This document shows, piece after piece, positions 1 through 11,046 of a stretch of 53,878 bases of DNA (position 1 is its first letter; each line of letters opens with the position of its first letter). The translations under genes were made by a program, and so were the position numbers. Source of the DNA: an uncultured Clostridia bacterium. Its GTDB lineage: Bacteria; Bacillota; Clostridia; TANB77; CAG-508. The stretch lies in the NCBI GenBank assembly GCA_947627495.1, contig CANQWH010000003.1:1-53878 (forward strand). The letters are read 5' to 3'. The notes beneath the pieces were generated by a model. That model searched no databases and had not been told where the DNA came from. It saw nothing but the letters and a program-made list of their open reading frames with translations.

Positions 1-118
1 GTATATCCATTTTCCTCCTTATTATCTTTTATATATTTTTTTATTAATTAAATATTAATATATCATATTTTTTATTGTATTTCCATAATTTTACATAAAT
101 TTCACAATTATTTATAAA

Positions 119-1207
119 TTATTTATTTTTTAAAACCCATTCATAAACTTCATTTTCAGTAAGTTTTCCTTTTTTCATTTGATTTATTTTTTCTTTAGCT
201 TCTTTTTTCCAATTTTCAAAATCTTTTGCAAGTTTTTTATTTTCTTTATCTTTTCTAACTTGCATAAACTTTTGTTGATATGTTCTTCTATATTCTCCCA
301 TAGCCTTATTTTGTTTTAATCTTTCAGTGTAAGATTGGAAAGCACCTAAATCTCTGCAAGTTTTTCCGTTTTCTTTTAGATAATCACAATAAATTTCATC
401 TACTTTTGAAGTTGGTATAAAGTACATTCCACAGTTTTGACATTTTTTTATTGGATAATTTGGCGTTTTTGAAAGTTCATCAAGTATAGCATAGCAAATA
501 CTTGATAAATCATTACTTTTATGAGTATCACTCATTGAAAGCACTTGCTTTTTATTCTTTAATGTATCTAATAACTCATATTCGCTATTTTTACCAAGTT
601 CTTGATATTTCATTGAATAACTATCCCTCATAATAAAATCATTTTTATAGTATGTATATAATTTGCCCATTCTCTTTATTAAGTAAACTGCAAATCTTTC
701 AGAATATGTGTATTTTTCTAGTTCTTTAATATTATCTAAATTATAAATATATGTAACTGCTTTTATTAGTTCTTGTTGTAGGTCAATTAAGTTTTCTTGC
801 AAATCTTCAAATATTTTATTAGTTGCTTTTAAATATTCTTCATTACTACCATAATTTTGTTTTAATTCAAATTTATAGTTTTTATCTAAATCTCTTAATA
901 TTTCAAAACCATAAGCATAAAAGAAAGTTCTATTAGCCATTTCAAAATTAGATAAATCAGTATTTAAAAACCTTAATAGCATAAGTCCTAGTTTTTCGTG
1001 AAATGGAAAGTACATACTTGCAGGGTGTTTTAGTCCATTAGTAGTTAATTCTGTTTCTTTATAAAATACATCTCTTAACTTGTTATCTAAATCTAAATGA
1101 AAATCTGCTTTATAAAAATATAGAGGTGTAGCATAATATTCTTTTCTTGTTTCAGTATTAAACCAAAAGTAGAAATCATCAAAAAAGGTTACTTCTGGTA
1201 ATTCCAT
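119..1207 (-). CDS. DUF6076-like protein with C-terminal Cys cluster (mobile-element associated)
   Basis: 362-aa ORF with GGAGG RBS; C-terminal KKCQNCGMYF...IYCD...TCRDLGA resembles DUF6076 (from memory). Confidence 0.6.
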   Translation of the reverse strand: MELPEVTFFDDFYFWFNTETRKEYYATPLYFYKADFHLDLDNKLRDVFYKETELTTNGLKHPASMYFPFHEKLGLMLLRFLNTDLSNFEMANRTFFYAYGFEILRDLDKNYKFELKQNYGSNEEYLKATNKIFEDLQENLIDLQQELIKAVTYIYNLDNIKELEKYTYSERFAVYLIKRMGKLYTYYKNDFIMRDSYSMKYQELGKNSEYELLDTLKNKKQVLSMSDTHKSNDLSSICYAILDELSKTPNYPIKKCQNCGMYFIPTSKVDEIYCDYLKENGKTCRDLGAFQSYTERLKQNKAMGEYRRTYQQKFMQVRKDKENKKLAKDFENWKKEAKEKINQMKKGKLTENEVYEWVLKNK

Positions 1208-1523
1208 AGTTTAATCTCCCTCCTATAAAGAAAAATTTATAAAGTTTTTATAAACAATTTTAATAAAATAATAAATTGTTATTGACATTCTATAATTATT
1301 ATACTATAATATCAATATAATTACAATACTTTTTTCAAAACTCATTGCTAAAAGTTGTAGATAAAAAATTCACTAAACCTTTTAGAAGTATTGTAATAAT
1401 AGTATATTTAAGATTTTAAGCAAACTATTAACAACACAATAAAGTAATTTAATTTGTTTATTTTTGTTTTTATATTATAGGTGTGAAATTGTAGTTTGTA
1501 AGAAATAGAGAATCTTTAAAGGA

Positions 1524-1748
1524 ATGGAGGTGTTAAAAATAAAAACTAAATTAGACAGCAAAGGTACAAAAGACAAAATTGTAGAATTATTCTATGAAAT
1601 GCATTTACGACCTACAGACATTGCACAAGAATTAAATGTCGTAAAATCATATGTTACAAAGATTATTCAAAATGATTCTAGGTATGTTCAAGAAAAAGAA
1701 TTAAGAAAGAATAATAATAAAGAAAAGAATAATGTATTTGTCAAGTGA
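1524..1748 (+). pseudogene. HTH protein, C-terminally truncated at palindromic element
   Basis: HTH-like PTDIAQELNVVKSYVTKII; its last codons and stop (NVFVK*) are supplied by the palindrome arm. Confidence 0.55.
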
Positions 1749-1828
1749 AAATTGGTCCAAGTTATATTTGAAAAAGTGGACCATTTTTCAAATATAACTT
1801 GGACCAATTTTCACTTGACAAATACATT
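1731..1828. mobile_element. Perfect 45-bp inverted repeat with 8-nt loop; resembles head-to-head fused IS21-family ends
   Basis: Arms 1731-1775 and 1784-1828; TGT...ACA termini (1733-1826); internal repeated GAAAA(T/AG)TGG(T/A)CCA boxes like IS21 end repeats; no target duplication. Confidence 0.6.
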
Positions 1829-2467
1829 TTTATTTAATTCTCTAAAAATTAAATTATACAATTCTTTTTCATCTAGTATTTCAGTTTGAATTTTAGCTCT
1901 TAACATATTGTTCTTAAAAGAATTGCATAATCTAAAAAGTTCATTACTAGCATCTTCTAATAATCCATCATAACTTATAATTGCATAATTTTTAACAACA
2001 GTTATGTTTTTATTCTCCATTAAGTTTTGTAAATAATTAATCATATATTCTTTATATTCATTTGCTTTATATGAATCTAGCTCATTTTCTCTCATAATAT
2101 TTATTATTTTACTTGTATCAATAGTCTCAGTCGTGTTATAAAACTGTATTGGATAGTCTATTGATAATGCTGTTTGTATAAGTACATTTTCAATCGTTTC
2201 CTGTTCAGCATCAGATAACATATGATAGTCAATATTGCCAAGCCTTAAAATACAAGAATATCTATTACCCATTTTTAATAAATTATCTTTTATTTGTATA
2301 TTAAGTATATCTGCCATATTCTTATTTTTTTTATTTCTAATATCTTTTTCTATTAAATTTTTACTGGATTCATTCTTCTTAATCTCTGAATATATAATCG
2401 CAATTATAAAGAACATAATAGATAAAGCAATTAAAATTGTGATTGTTAACATTCTAACACCTCTCAT
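1811..2467 (-). pseudogene. Conjugation-associated protein following PrgI, truncated at palindrome
   Basis: N-terminal TM; position after prgI-like gene; ends NVFVK* from the palindrome arm. Confidence 0.5.
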
Positions 2468-2738
2468 ATATAAATTTTTTCTTTCTAACTAAAAATTTTA
2501 ACCAATAAAAAAAGACCTTATCAAAATTTAGTTCTCTTACTTTAAAAAATGCACATAATAGGAAGAAAACACCTAGTATTGAAATAATTAGCACCTTAAA
2601 AATTATATTTATTGGTACTGCAAATATTCCTAGTAAACTACAACATAGCATTAAATATATAACTTGTCTTAAACTTAAATAACCACCAAAAATTTTTTCT
2701 TCATTCTTGGTATCGTATGGTATCTTAAATACTTTCAT
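2454..2738 (-). CDS. PrgI-family (VirB3-like) membrane protein
   Basis: KIPYDTKNEEKIFGGYLSLRQVIY motif, two TM segments. Confidence 0.75.
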   Translation of the reverse strand: MKVFKIPYDTKNEEKIFGGYLSLRQVIYLMLCCSLLGIFAVPINIIFKVLIISILGVFFLLCAFFKVRELNFDKVFFYWLKFLVRKKKFIYERC

Positions 2739-2749
2739 ATACTCCCTCC

Positions 2750-3127
2750 TTAATTAGTTAATAGACTGCCTGTAGAATTTGTAGCTACGTTAATTATTAT
2801 TCCTGCAATTATTAATGATGCTCCTAATATAACTCCTCCACCACATATCCAAGCAAGACTACCTATACTTTCACTTCGTTTCTGTGGATTATTTGAATTT
2901 GCAATCATTTTAAGCGCTGCTACTACAACGCTAGCAAATATTAAAACTCCTCCTAATGGCATTGCAATACTTGTAATAACCCTTTTTATATTTTCGGTAG
3001 CAGCTGTTACCTCACTCGTTCCAATTGTTGAACTTTCTGTGGCCAAACATTGTGTTTGTATTGCAATCATTGCTAAAGTGCCTCCAATAGTTGTTAAAAA
3101 CTTTCTTTTTTTCTTTAATTTAAACAT
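2750..3127 (-). CDS. TrbC/VirB2-like pilin
   Basis: Signal peptide plus two hydrophobic helices, upstream of prgI-like gene. Confidence 0.6.
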   Translation of the reverse strand: MFKLKKKRKFLTTIGGTLAMIAIQTQCLATESSTIGTSEVTAATENIKRVITSIAMPLGGVLIFASVVVAALKMIANSNNPQKRSESIGSLAWICGGGVILGASLIIAGIIINVATNSTGSLLTN

Positions 3128-3175
3128 AAAAAACCTCCTTTAATTTTTGTAAGGGCAAAAAATTAAAAAGGAACA

Positions 3176-3406
3176 CTATATAATATATATAAATATAACT
3201 GGAATAAAAATTATAAGAACCAGTAATATTAATATACTTATACTAAATCTTAACATTTTACTTCTTATCTTTTGTGATTTTATTAGACAACCTGTAATGA
3301 GAATAATTAAAGATAATATAAGCAATGTTGTTAATATAATTAATGAAATAACAAATCCATAAAAGAATATATTAAATATTAAGTTACTAATATAATTATT
3401 TTTCAC
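3176..3406 (-). CDS. small membrane protein
   Basis: GTG start with AGGAG RBS, two TM segments. Confidence 0.55.
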   Translation of the reverse strand: MKNNYISNLIFNIFFYGFVISLIILTTLLILSLIILITGCLIKSQKIRSKMLRFSISILILLVLIIFIPVIFIYII

Positions 3407-3418
3407 TAATAAACTCCT

Positions 3419-4199
3419 TTACTTTGTATTTTCAGTATATTTATTTATAAGACTTTTTTTGTAGTAAGATAGAAAATTATCAATTGTTTTCTTACTTTCA
3501 GCATCCTTACAAAGATTATATATATTGATTAATGTATTTCTTCTAAATAATGGCAATAGATAATTAAACCTACTATTATATATTTCATATAATGTATATA
3601 TAATATCTTTTATCATAGCTATATTAGGATTTGTTTCCTCTATTATTTCAGGAGTATATAAAAAATCTAGTCTTTCTAAACAACAATAAAAATCTGCAGA
3701 AATTGCAGAACTCTTATTTATAATTAAATTAAATATATCATCTATCATCTTTATATCTATATTTTTCTCTCCGTAACAAAAATGTTTCATTCATGTTACT
3801 ATTTGTTACATCACCGTTACATTGTAACGCTTTATATTTTAATCTATGTTTTCTAACTCGTGCTGCACTGCTTCCTTCTGTACCAATTAAATCCTGCATC
3901 TCACTAAGCATAAAAGTATTTTCGTTTAAATGTTCAATAGCATTTGCTTTTTCTAATGCTGTTAATAGCAGTTTTATTATATTAACATCCTCATCTAACA
4001 TTAATGCAATTTCTTCTGGAAGACTATCACATAATTTTTCAAAACAAAAAATTCCCTCTGATTTTAAGAGTTTTAACTGGAATTTTAAATATGCAAGCAG
4101 AATTTTGTCTCCATCCGGTAACTTTCGTAAGAATTTACTTGTTTTATTTTCAAAAAATGTGTCATATAACTTTAACCAATAATACTTTTTTTCACTCAT
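3419..4199 (-). CDS. Replisome-organizer N-terminal domain protein (~259 aa), joined by +1 at CGG 3771-3773
   Basis: MSEKKYYWLKL...GS SAARVRKHR is the replisome organizer N-domain; TTA CGG AGA read as TTA-c-GGA-GAG enters ORF 3419..3790. Confidence 0.65.
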
Positions 4200-4299
4200 C
4201 TTTTAACTCCTCATCTGATTTACTTCCTACTAAAATACAAGCATATAAAAAGAGGCTAATATTAGCCCCTAAAAATAAACCTAATAAAAATTGAATCAC
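4192..4299 (-). CDS. 35-aa membrane peptide (DUF3789-like)
   Basis: GGGAGG RBS, GTG start, VIQFLLGLFLGANISLFLYACILVGSKSDEE; overlaps the next start. Confidence 0.5.
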   Translation of the reverse strand: MIQFLLGLFLGANISLFLYACILVGSKSDEELKDE

Positions 4300-4426
4300 T
4301 TTTTCTCGCCCTCCCATTATATGTTTTTATAAAAAATAAAATAAAAAAGACTTTACAATGGCAAAAGTAAAGTCTTTATATAAAATTGCTTTAAAGGGAT
4401 ATCCCTTTAGGCAAGAACTTCCGAAT

Positions 4427-4502
4427 TGGTTGCGGGGGATGGACTCGAACCACCGACCTCAGGGTTATGAGCCCTGCGAGCTACCAACTGCTCCACCCCG
4501 CG
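4427..4502 (-). tRNA. initiator tRNA-fMet (CAT)
   Basis: CGCGGGGTGGAGCAGTTGGTAGCTCGCAGGGCTCATAACCCTGAGGTCGGTGGTTCGAGTCCATCCCCCGCAACCA; C1:A72 mismatch, 3 G-C pairs in anticodon stem, CCA end. Confidence 0.97.
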
Positions 4503-4659
4503 ATGTAATCACAACGAAATAATTATACATCTATTATAATATAATGTCAAGTTTTTTTCTAAAATATTCATTTTTCGTATGAAAATTAATAAATAATAGC
4601 TTTAAATCTAAAAAATAGTTTCTAAACTTTTATTCAAAATTGTAAACATTCAAACATTT

Positions 4660-5316
4660 CTATTTACTTATTTCCTTTCTACCTTTTTTTAATTTAGTTA
4701 AAGATACTACTTTACTTTTTTTATTATAAAAAGAAATAATGCCGAATATAAACATTATAATGAAACCTATTAAAACTATATCCGAATATTCTCCCACATA
4801 TACAGCAATTAACTCCCATGAAGCTCCAGCAATTCTACCAAGTATAATTAACACAGTATTCCAAATAAAACTTCCAATAGTTGTTAATGTTAAAAATAAA
4901 CCTAAGTTTATCTTTGCCATACCTGCTGGAATTGAAACCAAACTCCTAATAATTGGTATAAATCTTCCAAAAAAAACTGCAAATTTTCCCTTATTATCAA
5001 ACCATTCAAAAGCTTTATGAATATCTTCTTTTTTTAATCCTAATATTTTTCCAACCTTACTATCTACAACCTTATCTATTCTTTCTTCATTTAACATTCT
5101 ACCAATGTAATATAAAACAATTGCTCCTAATACAGAACCTATTGTTGATGCAATAATTGTTCCAATTACTGTTATATTAGAAATTATAGTTACAAATCCA
5201 CCAAATGTCAAAATCACTTCTGATGGAATTGGTGGAAAAATATTCTCTATTGCTATTAAAAATATAATTCCTAAATATCCAAATTTATTTATTGCTTCAA
5301 TAATTATAGTTTGCAT
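4660..5316 (-). CDS. dedA: DedA family membrane protein
   Basis: ENIFPPIPSEVIL and GRFIPIIRSLVSIPAG motifs; AGGAGG RBS before ATG 5316. Confidence 0.9.
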   Translation of the reverse strand: MQTIIIEAINKFGYLGIIFLIAIENIFPPIPSEVILTFGGFVTIISNITVIGTIIASTIGSVLGAIVLYYIGRMLNEERIDKVVDSKVGKILGLKKEDIHKAFEWFDNKGKFAVFFGRFIPIIRSLVSIPAGMAKINLGLFLTLTTIGSFIWNTVLIILGRIAGASWELIAVYVGEYSDIVLIGFIIMFIFGIISFYNKKSKVVSLTKLKKGRKEISK

Positions 5317-5434
5317 TTTTCCTCCTATTTTCAAAATCATGTCATACATTTCCATTTAATTAGATATTTATACTTTTGCTTTTTCTTTTATTTAATTTTA
5401 TGTAATGGAGAAAAAAATATTCTATTTATTTAAC

Positions 5435-5462
5435 AAATGGGATACCTTTCGGTATCCCATTT
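5435..5462. terminator. intrinsic terminator hairpin after ftsH
   Basis: AAATGGGATACC-TTTC-GGTATCCCATTT. Confidence 0.75.
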
Positions 5463-5474
5463 ACTCATTTTATC

Positions 5475-7277
5475 TTAATCATTAAATATTGCAGCAAATT
5501 CTTCCCCATCTACTTTCTCTTTCTCTAATAATAAATTTGCTACTGTGTGTAATTTATCGCTATGCATTGTTAGAATTTCTTTTGCTCTATTATATGCATT
5601 GTCAATTATCTTCTTAACTTCAGTATCAATTTTAGCAGATGTTTCTTCACTAAAGTTTCTTGTTTGTGTCCAATCTCTTCCTAAAAATACTTCCTCTTGA
5701 CCTGAACCAAATGTTATTGTTCCTAAAGCATCACTCATACCATATTTTGTTACCATATCTCTTGCAATTTTTGATGCCCTTTCTATATCATTACTTGCTC
5801 CTGTTGAAATATCATCTAATACAATACTTTCTGCTACTCTTCCACCTAATAATGATATTATGCTTTCTTCCATTTCTATCTTAGACATAAAGTTCTTATC
5901 TTCATCTGGTCTATACATTGTATATCCACCAGCCATTCCTCTTGGTACAATTGATATTTGATGTATTATATCTTGTGTTGGTAAGTAGTGACTTACTACT
6001 GCATGCCCTGCTTCATGAAATGCTACCAATTTATTCTCTTTATCACTTCTTACTCTGCTCTTCTTCTCTGGTCCCATTGTTACTTTAATCATTGCATCTT
6101 CTACTTCTTGCATATTTATTTCAGTTTTGTTTCTCCTTGCTGCTAATAATGATGCTTCATTCATTATATTTTCTAGGTCTGCTCCTGAAAATCCTGCTGT
6201 ATTTTTTGCTATTACTTTTAGCTCAACATCATCACCTAATTTTTTATGTCTACTATGAACCTCTAATATTTCCTCTCTTGCTTTTACATCAGGTGCTGAT
6301 ACTACTATCTGTCTATCAAATCTTCCTGGTCTTAATAATGCTTTATCTAATACATCTGGTCTGTTTGTTGCTGCTAATACTATAACTCCCTCATTTGCTG
6401 AAAATCCATCCATTTCTACTAATAATTGATTTAGTGTTTGCTCTCTTTCATCATGTCCTCCCCCTAAACCAGCTCCTCTTTGACGTCCTACTGCATCAAT
6501 TTCATCTATAAAAACAATACATGGAGCATTTCTTTTTGCTTGTTCAAATAAATCTCTTACTCTTGAAGCACCCACACCAACAAACATTTCTACGAAGTCT
6601 GAACCACTTATTATGAAAAATGGAACTCCTGCTTCTCCTGCAACTGCTTTTGCTAAAAGAGTTTTTCCTGTTCCTGGATGACCAACTAATAGCACTCCCT
6701 TTGGAATTCTAGCACCCATATCTGTAAATTTCTTTGGTGATTTTAAAAATTCTACTATTTCTTGTAATTCTTCTTTTTCCTCATCAACACCCGCAACATC
6801 TTTGAAAGTAATCTTTCCCTTCTCTGTGGCATTCATTACTCTTGCTCTACTTTTTCCAAATGACATTGTTTTATTACTTCCACCCTGTGAAGAACTTGAT
6901 AATATAAACCAGAATATAAAGAAAACTATTATTATTGCAAATGGTGATAATAAACTTAATATGGTTACCCAAATTGATTGTGATTTTTCCTCAAACGTAA
7001 AACTCTGATTTTGCAAATCATCACTTATCTCATTCATAAATGCATCTATACTAGGTATATTAACTTCTTTCTCAATATCATTATCTTTTAGCTTTACATA
7101 TGCTTTATTACCATCCGCTTCTAATTCTATGTTTTCAACTCTTCCCTTGTTTATATAACCTATCAATTCATCATATGACATCTTAGTTTCTGAATTTTCC
7201 ATTATAGCTGATATTAATATAATGCAAACTATTCCTATGATTAGCCACATAACAATTGTCCTTAAATTATTTTTCAT
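5475..7277 (-). CDS. ftsH: ATP-dependent zinc metalloprotease FtsH
   Basis: Two TMs, Walker [27 protein letters not shown]. Confidence 0.98.
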   Translation of the reverse strand: MKNNLRTIVMWLIIGIVCIILISAIMENSETKMSYDELIGYINKGRVENIELEADGNKAYVKLKDNDIEKEVNIPSIDAFMNEISDDLQNQSFTFEEKSQSIWVTILSLLSPFAIIIVFFIFWFILSSSSQGGSNKTMSFGKSRARVMNATEKGKITFKDVAGVDEEKEELQEIVEFLKSPKKFTDMGARIPKGVLLVGHPGTGKTLLAKAVAGEAGVPFFIISGSDFVEMFVGVGASRVRDLFEQAKRNAPCIVFIDEIDAVGRQRGAGLGGGHDEREQTLNQLLVEMDGFSANEGVIVLAATNRPDVLDKALLRPGRFDRQIVVSAPDVKAREEILEVHSRHKKLGDDVELKVIAKNTAGFSGADLENIMNEASLLAARRNKTEINMQEVEDAMIKVTMGPEKKSRVRSDKENKLVAFHEAGHAVVSHYLPTQDIIHQISIVPRGMAGGYTMYRPDEDKNFMSKIEMEESIISLLGGRVAESIVLDDISTGASNDIERASKIARDMVTKYGMSDALGTITFGSGQEEVFLGRDWTQTRNFSEETSAKIDTEVKKIIDNAYNRAKEILTMHSDKLHTVANLLLEKEKVDGEEFAAIFND

Positions 7278-7495
7278 ATTATAAACATTCCTTTCTATTT
7301 TGTAAATTTGTCTAAAAAATTAGTATTTTGCTTAATTTAAGTTTATTAAATTTATAGCTGATTTTCTTAATATGATACCCTTTTCTCTAAACTATAATGT
7401 AACAAAATGCTGATTATTTTTTACACTTTTACATATCTTTTCTCTTGTTCACTGTATAATAATAACATACCCATGTTCTAAATTCAATACCTATC

Positions 7496-8488
7496 TTAAG
7501 TTTTTATGAAATATATTTTTCCTTTTTTCAAGTATATCTTTATTTGTTTTGTTGGCATTATATATTTATTTCCAATATTTTTTTCACACATTTTTATTAT
7601 ATCATCAATATTTATTTTTTCTATACCATTTGTTGTATGTAAAACCTCATTTATAGTATATAAAATGATTCTTCTTTTTATGACTAATTCTAAATTATTA
7701 AACTTTTTTAAATTAATAATTATATTACCTTCTGTTTTCTCTTTTATATCCTGATATGTTTTATTGGTTATTTTCCTTAGATATTCATCCTCATCACTAG
7801 CAACTTCTGATAACCTATTTATTGTTTTTATGATATTCTGATTAAATTCTTTTTTTATGTATGGTATTATTTCATTTCTAACTTTATTTCTATTGTAAAT
7901 ACTCTCATTATTTGATTCATCATATTTTGGATTTAACTCATTTTCTTTGCAGTACTCTTCAATCCTTTTTCTATCTGTTTCTATTAATGGTCTTATATAT
8001 TTTTCCTCTCTTTTTGCCTCTATTCCTTTAAGTCCTGATATTCCGCTTCCCCTTAATATATTCAATATTACAGTCTCTGCTTTATCATTACAATTATGTG
8101 CAGTAGCAATTTTATTTGAATTTGTTTTTTCTAAAACTTCATTAAAAAAAGCATATCTAACTTCTCTGCCTGTTTCTTCAGTCCCTTTCTTCTCATATTT
8201 TGCAAGTTTTATTATATCCACTTTTTTAACAAAACATTCTATTTTCAACTTTTTGCAAAAATCTTGCACATATTGTGTTTCCATATCTGCTACTTCACGT
8301 ATCATATGATTTATATGTGCTACACATATCTGTATTTCAAGTTCATCTTTTAAATTGTATAATATATGTAATAAACATATGGAATCTGGACCCCCAGAAA
8401 CACCTATAACAATCTTATCTCCTTTTTGAATTAAATTATACTTCTTTATTGTTTTTAAAACATCATCTTTTAGCATAATAATTTTCAT
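7496..8488 (-). CDS. tilS: tRNA(Ile)-lysidine synthetase (short form)
   Basis: SGGPDS PP-loop, AHNxxDxAET, IRPL, DESN; adjacent to ftsH. Confidence 0.95.
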   Translation of the reverse strand: MKIIMLKDDVLKTIKKYNLIQKGDKIVIGVSGGPDSICLLHILYNLKDELEIQICVAHINHMIREVADMETQYVQDFCKKLKIECFVKKVDIIKLAKYEKKGTEETGREVRYAFFNEVLEKTNSNKIATAHNCNDKAETVILNILRGSGISGLKGIEAKREEKYIRPLIETDRKRIEEYCKENELNPKYDESNNESIYNRNKVRNEIIPYIKKEFNQNIIKTINRLSEVASDEDEYLRKITNKTYQDIKEKTEGNIIINLKKFNNLELVIKRRIILYTINEVLHTTNGIEKINIDDIIKMCEKNIGNKYIMPTKQIKIYLKKGKIYFIKT

Positions 8489-8503
8489 TCTCCTCTAGTT
8501 TTT

Positions 8504-9835
8504 TCACTCTCTATATTTGTCTAAATTTGCAAATTTAGTAAAGCTACCCATCCATAATAATTCTACCGTTCCTGTAGAACCAGCTCTGTGCTTTGCCAAA
8601 ATTACTTCTGCAATATTTTTTTTATCAGAATCTGGATTATAATAATCGTCTCTATATAAAAACATTACAATATCAGCATCCTGTTCTATTGCTCCTGATT
8701 CACGCAAATCTGAAAGCATGGGTCTATGGTCTTGTCTTGCTTCTGCAGCTCTCGACAACTGTGATAAAGCAATTACAGGTACATCCAATTCTTTTGCAAG
8801 AATTTTTAAAGATCTACTAATCTCTGAAATTTCTTGCTCACGACTTGCATTTCTTTTACCACTTCCTTGAATTAATTGCAAATAATCTATTACAACCAAT
8901 CCAATATTTTTTTCTAATTTTAATTTTCTGCATTTTGCTCTAATCTCTGATATAGAAATTCCTGGTGTATCATCTATATATATTGGTGCTTCTGATAATG
9001 GTCCTAAGGCAGTTGCAAGTTTTACCCAATCTTCTTCATCTATTTTACCTGTTCTAATTTTATTACTATCAACCATAGCCTCACTACACAACATCCTATT
9101 TACTAACTGTGATTTAGACATCTCTAAGTTAAATATTACAACTGGTACTTTTGCATTTACAGCTGCATGTGTAGCAATATTTAGCGCAAATGCTGATTTA
9201 CCCATTGCAGGTCTTGCAGCAACAAGTATTAAATCTGAATTATGCAATCCAGCTGTTTTATAATCCAAATCGGCAAATCCAGTAGGAACACCTGTTATTG
9301 GTTCTTTTTGATTATACAATTTTTCTAAATCTGCAAAAGTTTCTATTAAAACATCCTTAATTGCAGTATATCCTTTTTGATTTTTCCCCTGCATTATATC
9401 AAAAATCTTTTTTTCTGATTGATCAATTATATTATCTATCTCTTCAGTTTGCTCATATCCTAAACTTTGAATCTCATTTGCAGCTTTTATTAACTGCCTT
9501 AATATTGATTTTTCTTCTACAATATTTATATACTTATTAGCATTTGCAACTAATGGCACTTTATCTGGTAATAATGCTAAATATTCTATTCCACCAACAG
9601 CTTCAAATTTTTGTATTGATGTTAATTCATCCTTAACAGTAATAATATCTATTGGTTCACCTCTGTTATATAAATTTACAATTGCTTGATAAACATATTT
9701 ATTATCTTCTCTATAAAAGTCTTCTGGTTTCAAAACTTCTATTGCATCTATTACAGCATCTTGGTCTGTAAGCATACTTCCAAGTATTGCCTGCTCCGCT
9801 TCAATATCATGTGGTGGTATTTTTCCTACTTCCAT
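8504..9835 (-). CDS. dnaB: replicative DNA helicase
   Basis: PPHDIEAEQAILG, ARPAMGKS, DYLQL, DLRESGAIEQDAD. Confidence 0.98.
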   Translation of the reverse strand: MEVGKIPPHDIEAEQAILGSMLTDQDAVIDAIEVLKPEDFYREDNKYVYQAIVNLYNRGEPIDIITVKDELTSIQKFEAVGGIEYLALLPDKVPLVANANKYINIVEEKSILRQLIKAANEIQSLGYEQTEEIDNIIDQSEKKIFDIMQGKNQKGYTAIKDVLIETFADLEKLYNQKEPITGVPTGFADLDYKTAGLHNSDLILVAARPAMGKSAFALNIATHAAVNAKVPVVIFNLEMSKSQLVNRMLCSEAMVDSNKIRTGKIDEEDWVKLATALGPLSEAPIYIDDTPGISISEIRAKCRKLKLEKNIGLVVIDYLQLIQGSGKRNASREQEISEISRSLKILAKELDVPVIALSQLSRAAEARQDHRPMLSDLRESGAIEQDADIVMFLYRDDYYNPDSDKKNIAEVILAKHRAGSTGTVELLWMGSFTKFANLDKYRE

Positions 9836-9860
9836 TTTCTACTATCCTTTCTAGTAAAAA

Positions 9861-10307
9861 TTACTCTGCTTTTACTTCTAATGTTAATTTTGCATTTATA
9901 CCGTCTCCAAACTTTATTTCTGCAGTAAATGTTCCCAAATTTTTTATAGTTTCTTTTAATATTATTTTCTTTTTATCTATATTAATATTATGTTGTTTTT
10001 TTAATTCATCTGAAATTTCCTTTGATGTTATTCCCCCAAAGATCTTACCATTTTCCCCTGCTTTTGCTGATATCTTTAAGATTATTTTTTCTATTTTTTT
10101 TGCCATTTCTTTATTAGATTCTATTTCTGCCTTTTTCTTATTAGCTTCTGAAGTTTTTTTAGCTTGTAATTTAGATAAATTATCATTTGTAGCCTCTATA
10201 GCTAATTTCTTTGGAAACAAATAATTTCTTGCATATCCATCATTGGCATTTATTATTTCATCTTTTCTCCCAACGTTTTTTATATCTTGTAATAAAATAA
10301 CCTTCAT
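9861..10307 (-). CDS. rplI: 50S ribosomal protein L9
   Basis: MKVILLQD...GYARNYLFP; adjacent to dnaB. Confidence 0.97.
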   Translation of the reverse strand: MKVILLQDIKNVGRKDEIINANDGYARNYLFPKKLAIEATNDNLSKLQAKKTSEANKKKAEIESNKEMAKKIEKIILKISAKAGENGKIFGGITSKEISDELKKQHNINIDKKKIILKETIKNLGTFTAEIKFGDGINAKLTLEVKAE

Positions 10308-10503
10308 AAAAAATCCTCCTTACATTGCCATTCCAATTTTTTTACTTATATAGAATATCATAAATTGTGTGTTTTTACAATATTAAATTTTGTAAACTTT
10401 TTTGCTTTTGCAGTAATTTTTTACTTCTAGTATATATTTACTATTTTGTTTCTGTAAATTTTTACCTAAGAATGCTATATTCAACAAAAAGGAGGAATAA
10501 TAT

Positions 10504-10827
10504 ATGTCACTTAATTATAGTATTATAGGTATTAGGTTAAAACAAGCAAGAATTAACAAAAAAATAACACAAGAAGCATTAGCTGAAAAACTTGATGTTT
10601 CAGTTGCTTATGTAAGCAGAATCGAATGTGGTTCTACAAATGTTAATTTAAAAAGATTATCAGAAATTTGTACTTTACTAGATGTATCAGAAGGTGAAAT
10701 TTTAAGTGGAGTTACTATGGAATCTAATTCATATTTGAACAGTGCTTTTAATGATTTGTTCAAAACTTGTCCACCAGAAAAAATAGATTTGATTTACAAG
10801 ATTGCAAAAGTCATTGCAGATAATTAG
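10504..10827 (+). CDS. XRE-family HTH regulator
   Basis: TQEALAEKLDVSVAYVSRIECG. Confidence 0.85.
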   Translation: MSLNYSIIGIRLKQARINKKITQEALAEKLDVSVAYVSRIECGSTNVNLKRLSEICTLLDVSEGEILSGVTMESNSYLNSAFNDLFKTCPPEKIDLIYKIAKVIADN

Positions 10828-10956
10828 TTACAATTCACAGCCGATTATATGCACAAAGTAGCCAAACGCAGGAGTTTCATATTTTTTTCTTAAGAAAAAA
10901 ATATGAAACTCTGATGAGATTTGGCCGACTTTATAGTATAAGCTGTGAATTGTAAC
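10827..10956. repeat. 130-bp long palindromic element (MITE/REP-like)
   Basis: 15-bp terminal IR GTTACAATTCACAGC/GCTGTGAATTGTAAC; perfect 40-bp central palindrome 10872-10911. Confidence 0.7.
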
Positions 10957-11046
10957 ATTTAAAAATAATTTATTAAATTCAAAAGTTACTACAACGAAAA
11001 ATAGATCAAAAAGTTTTCGTTGTAATATCTTTCAAAACATTGTTTA

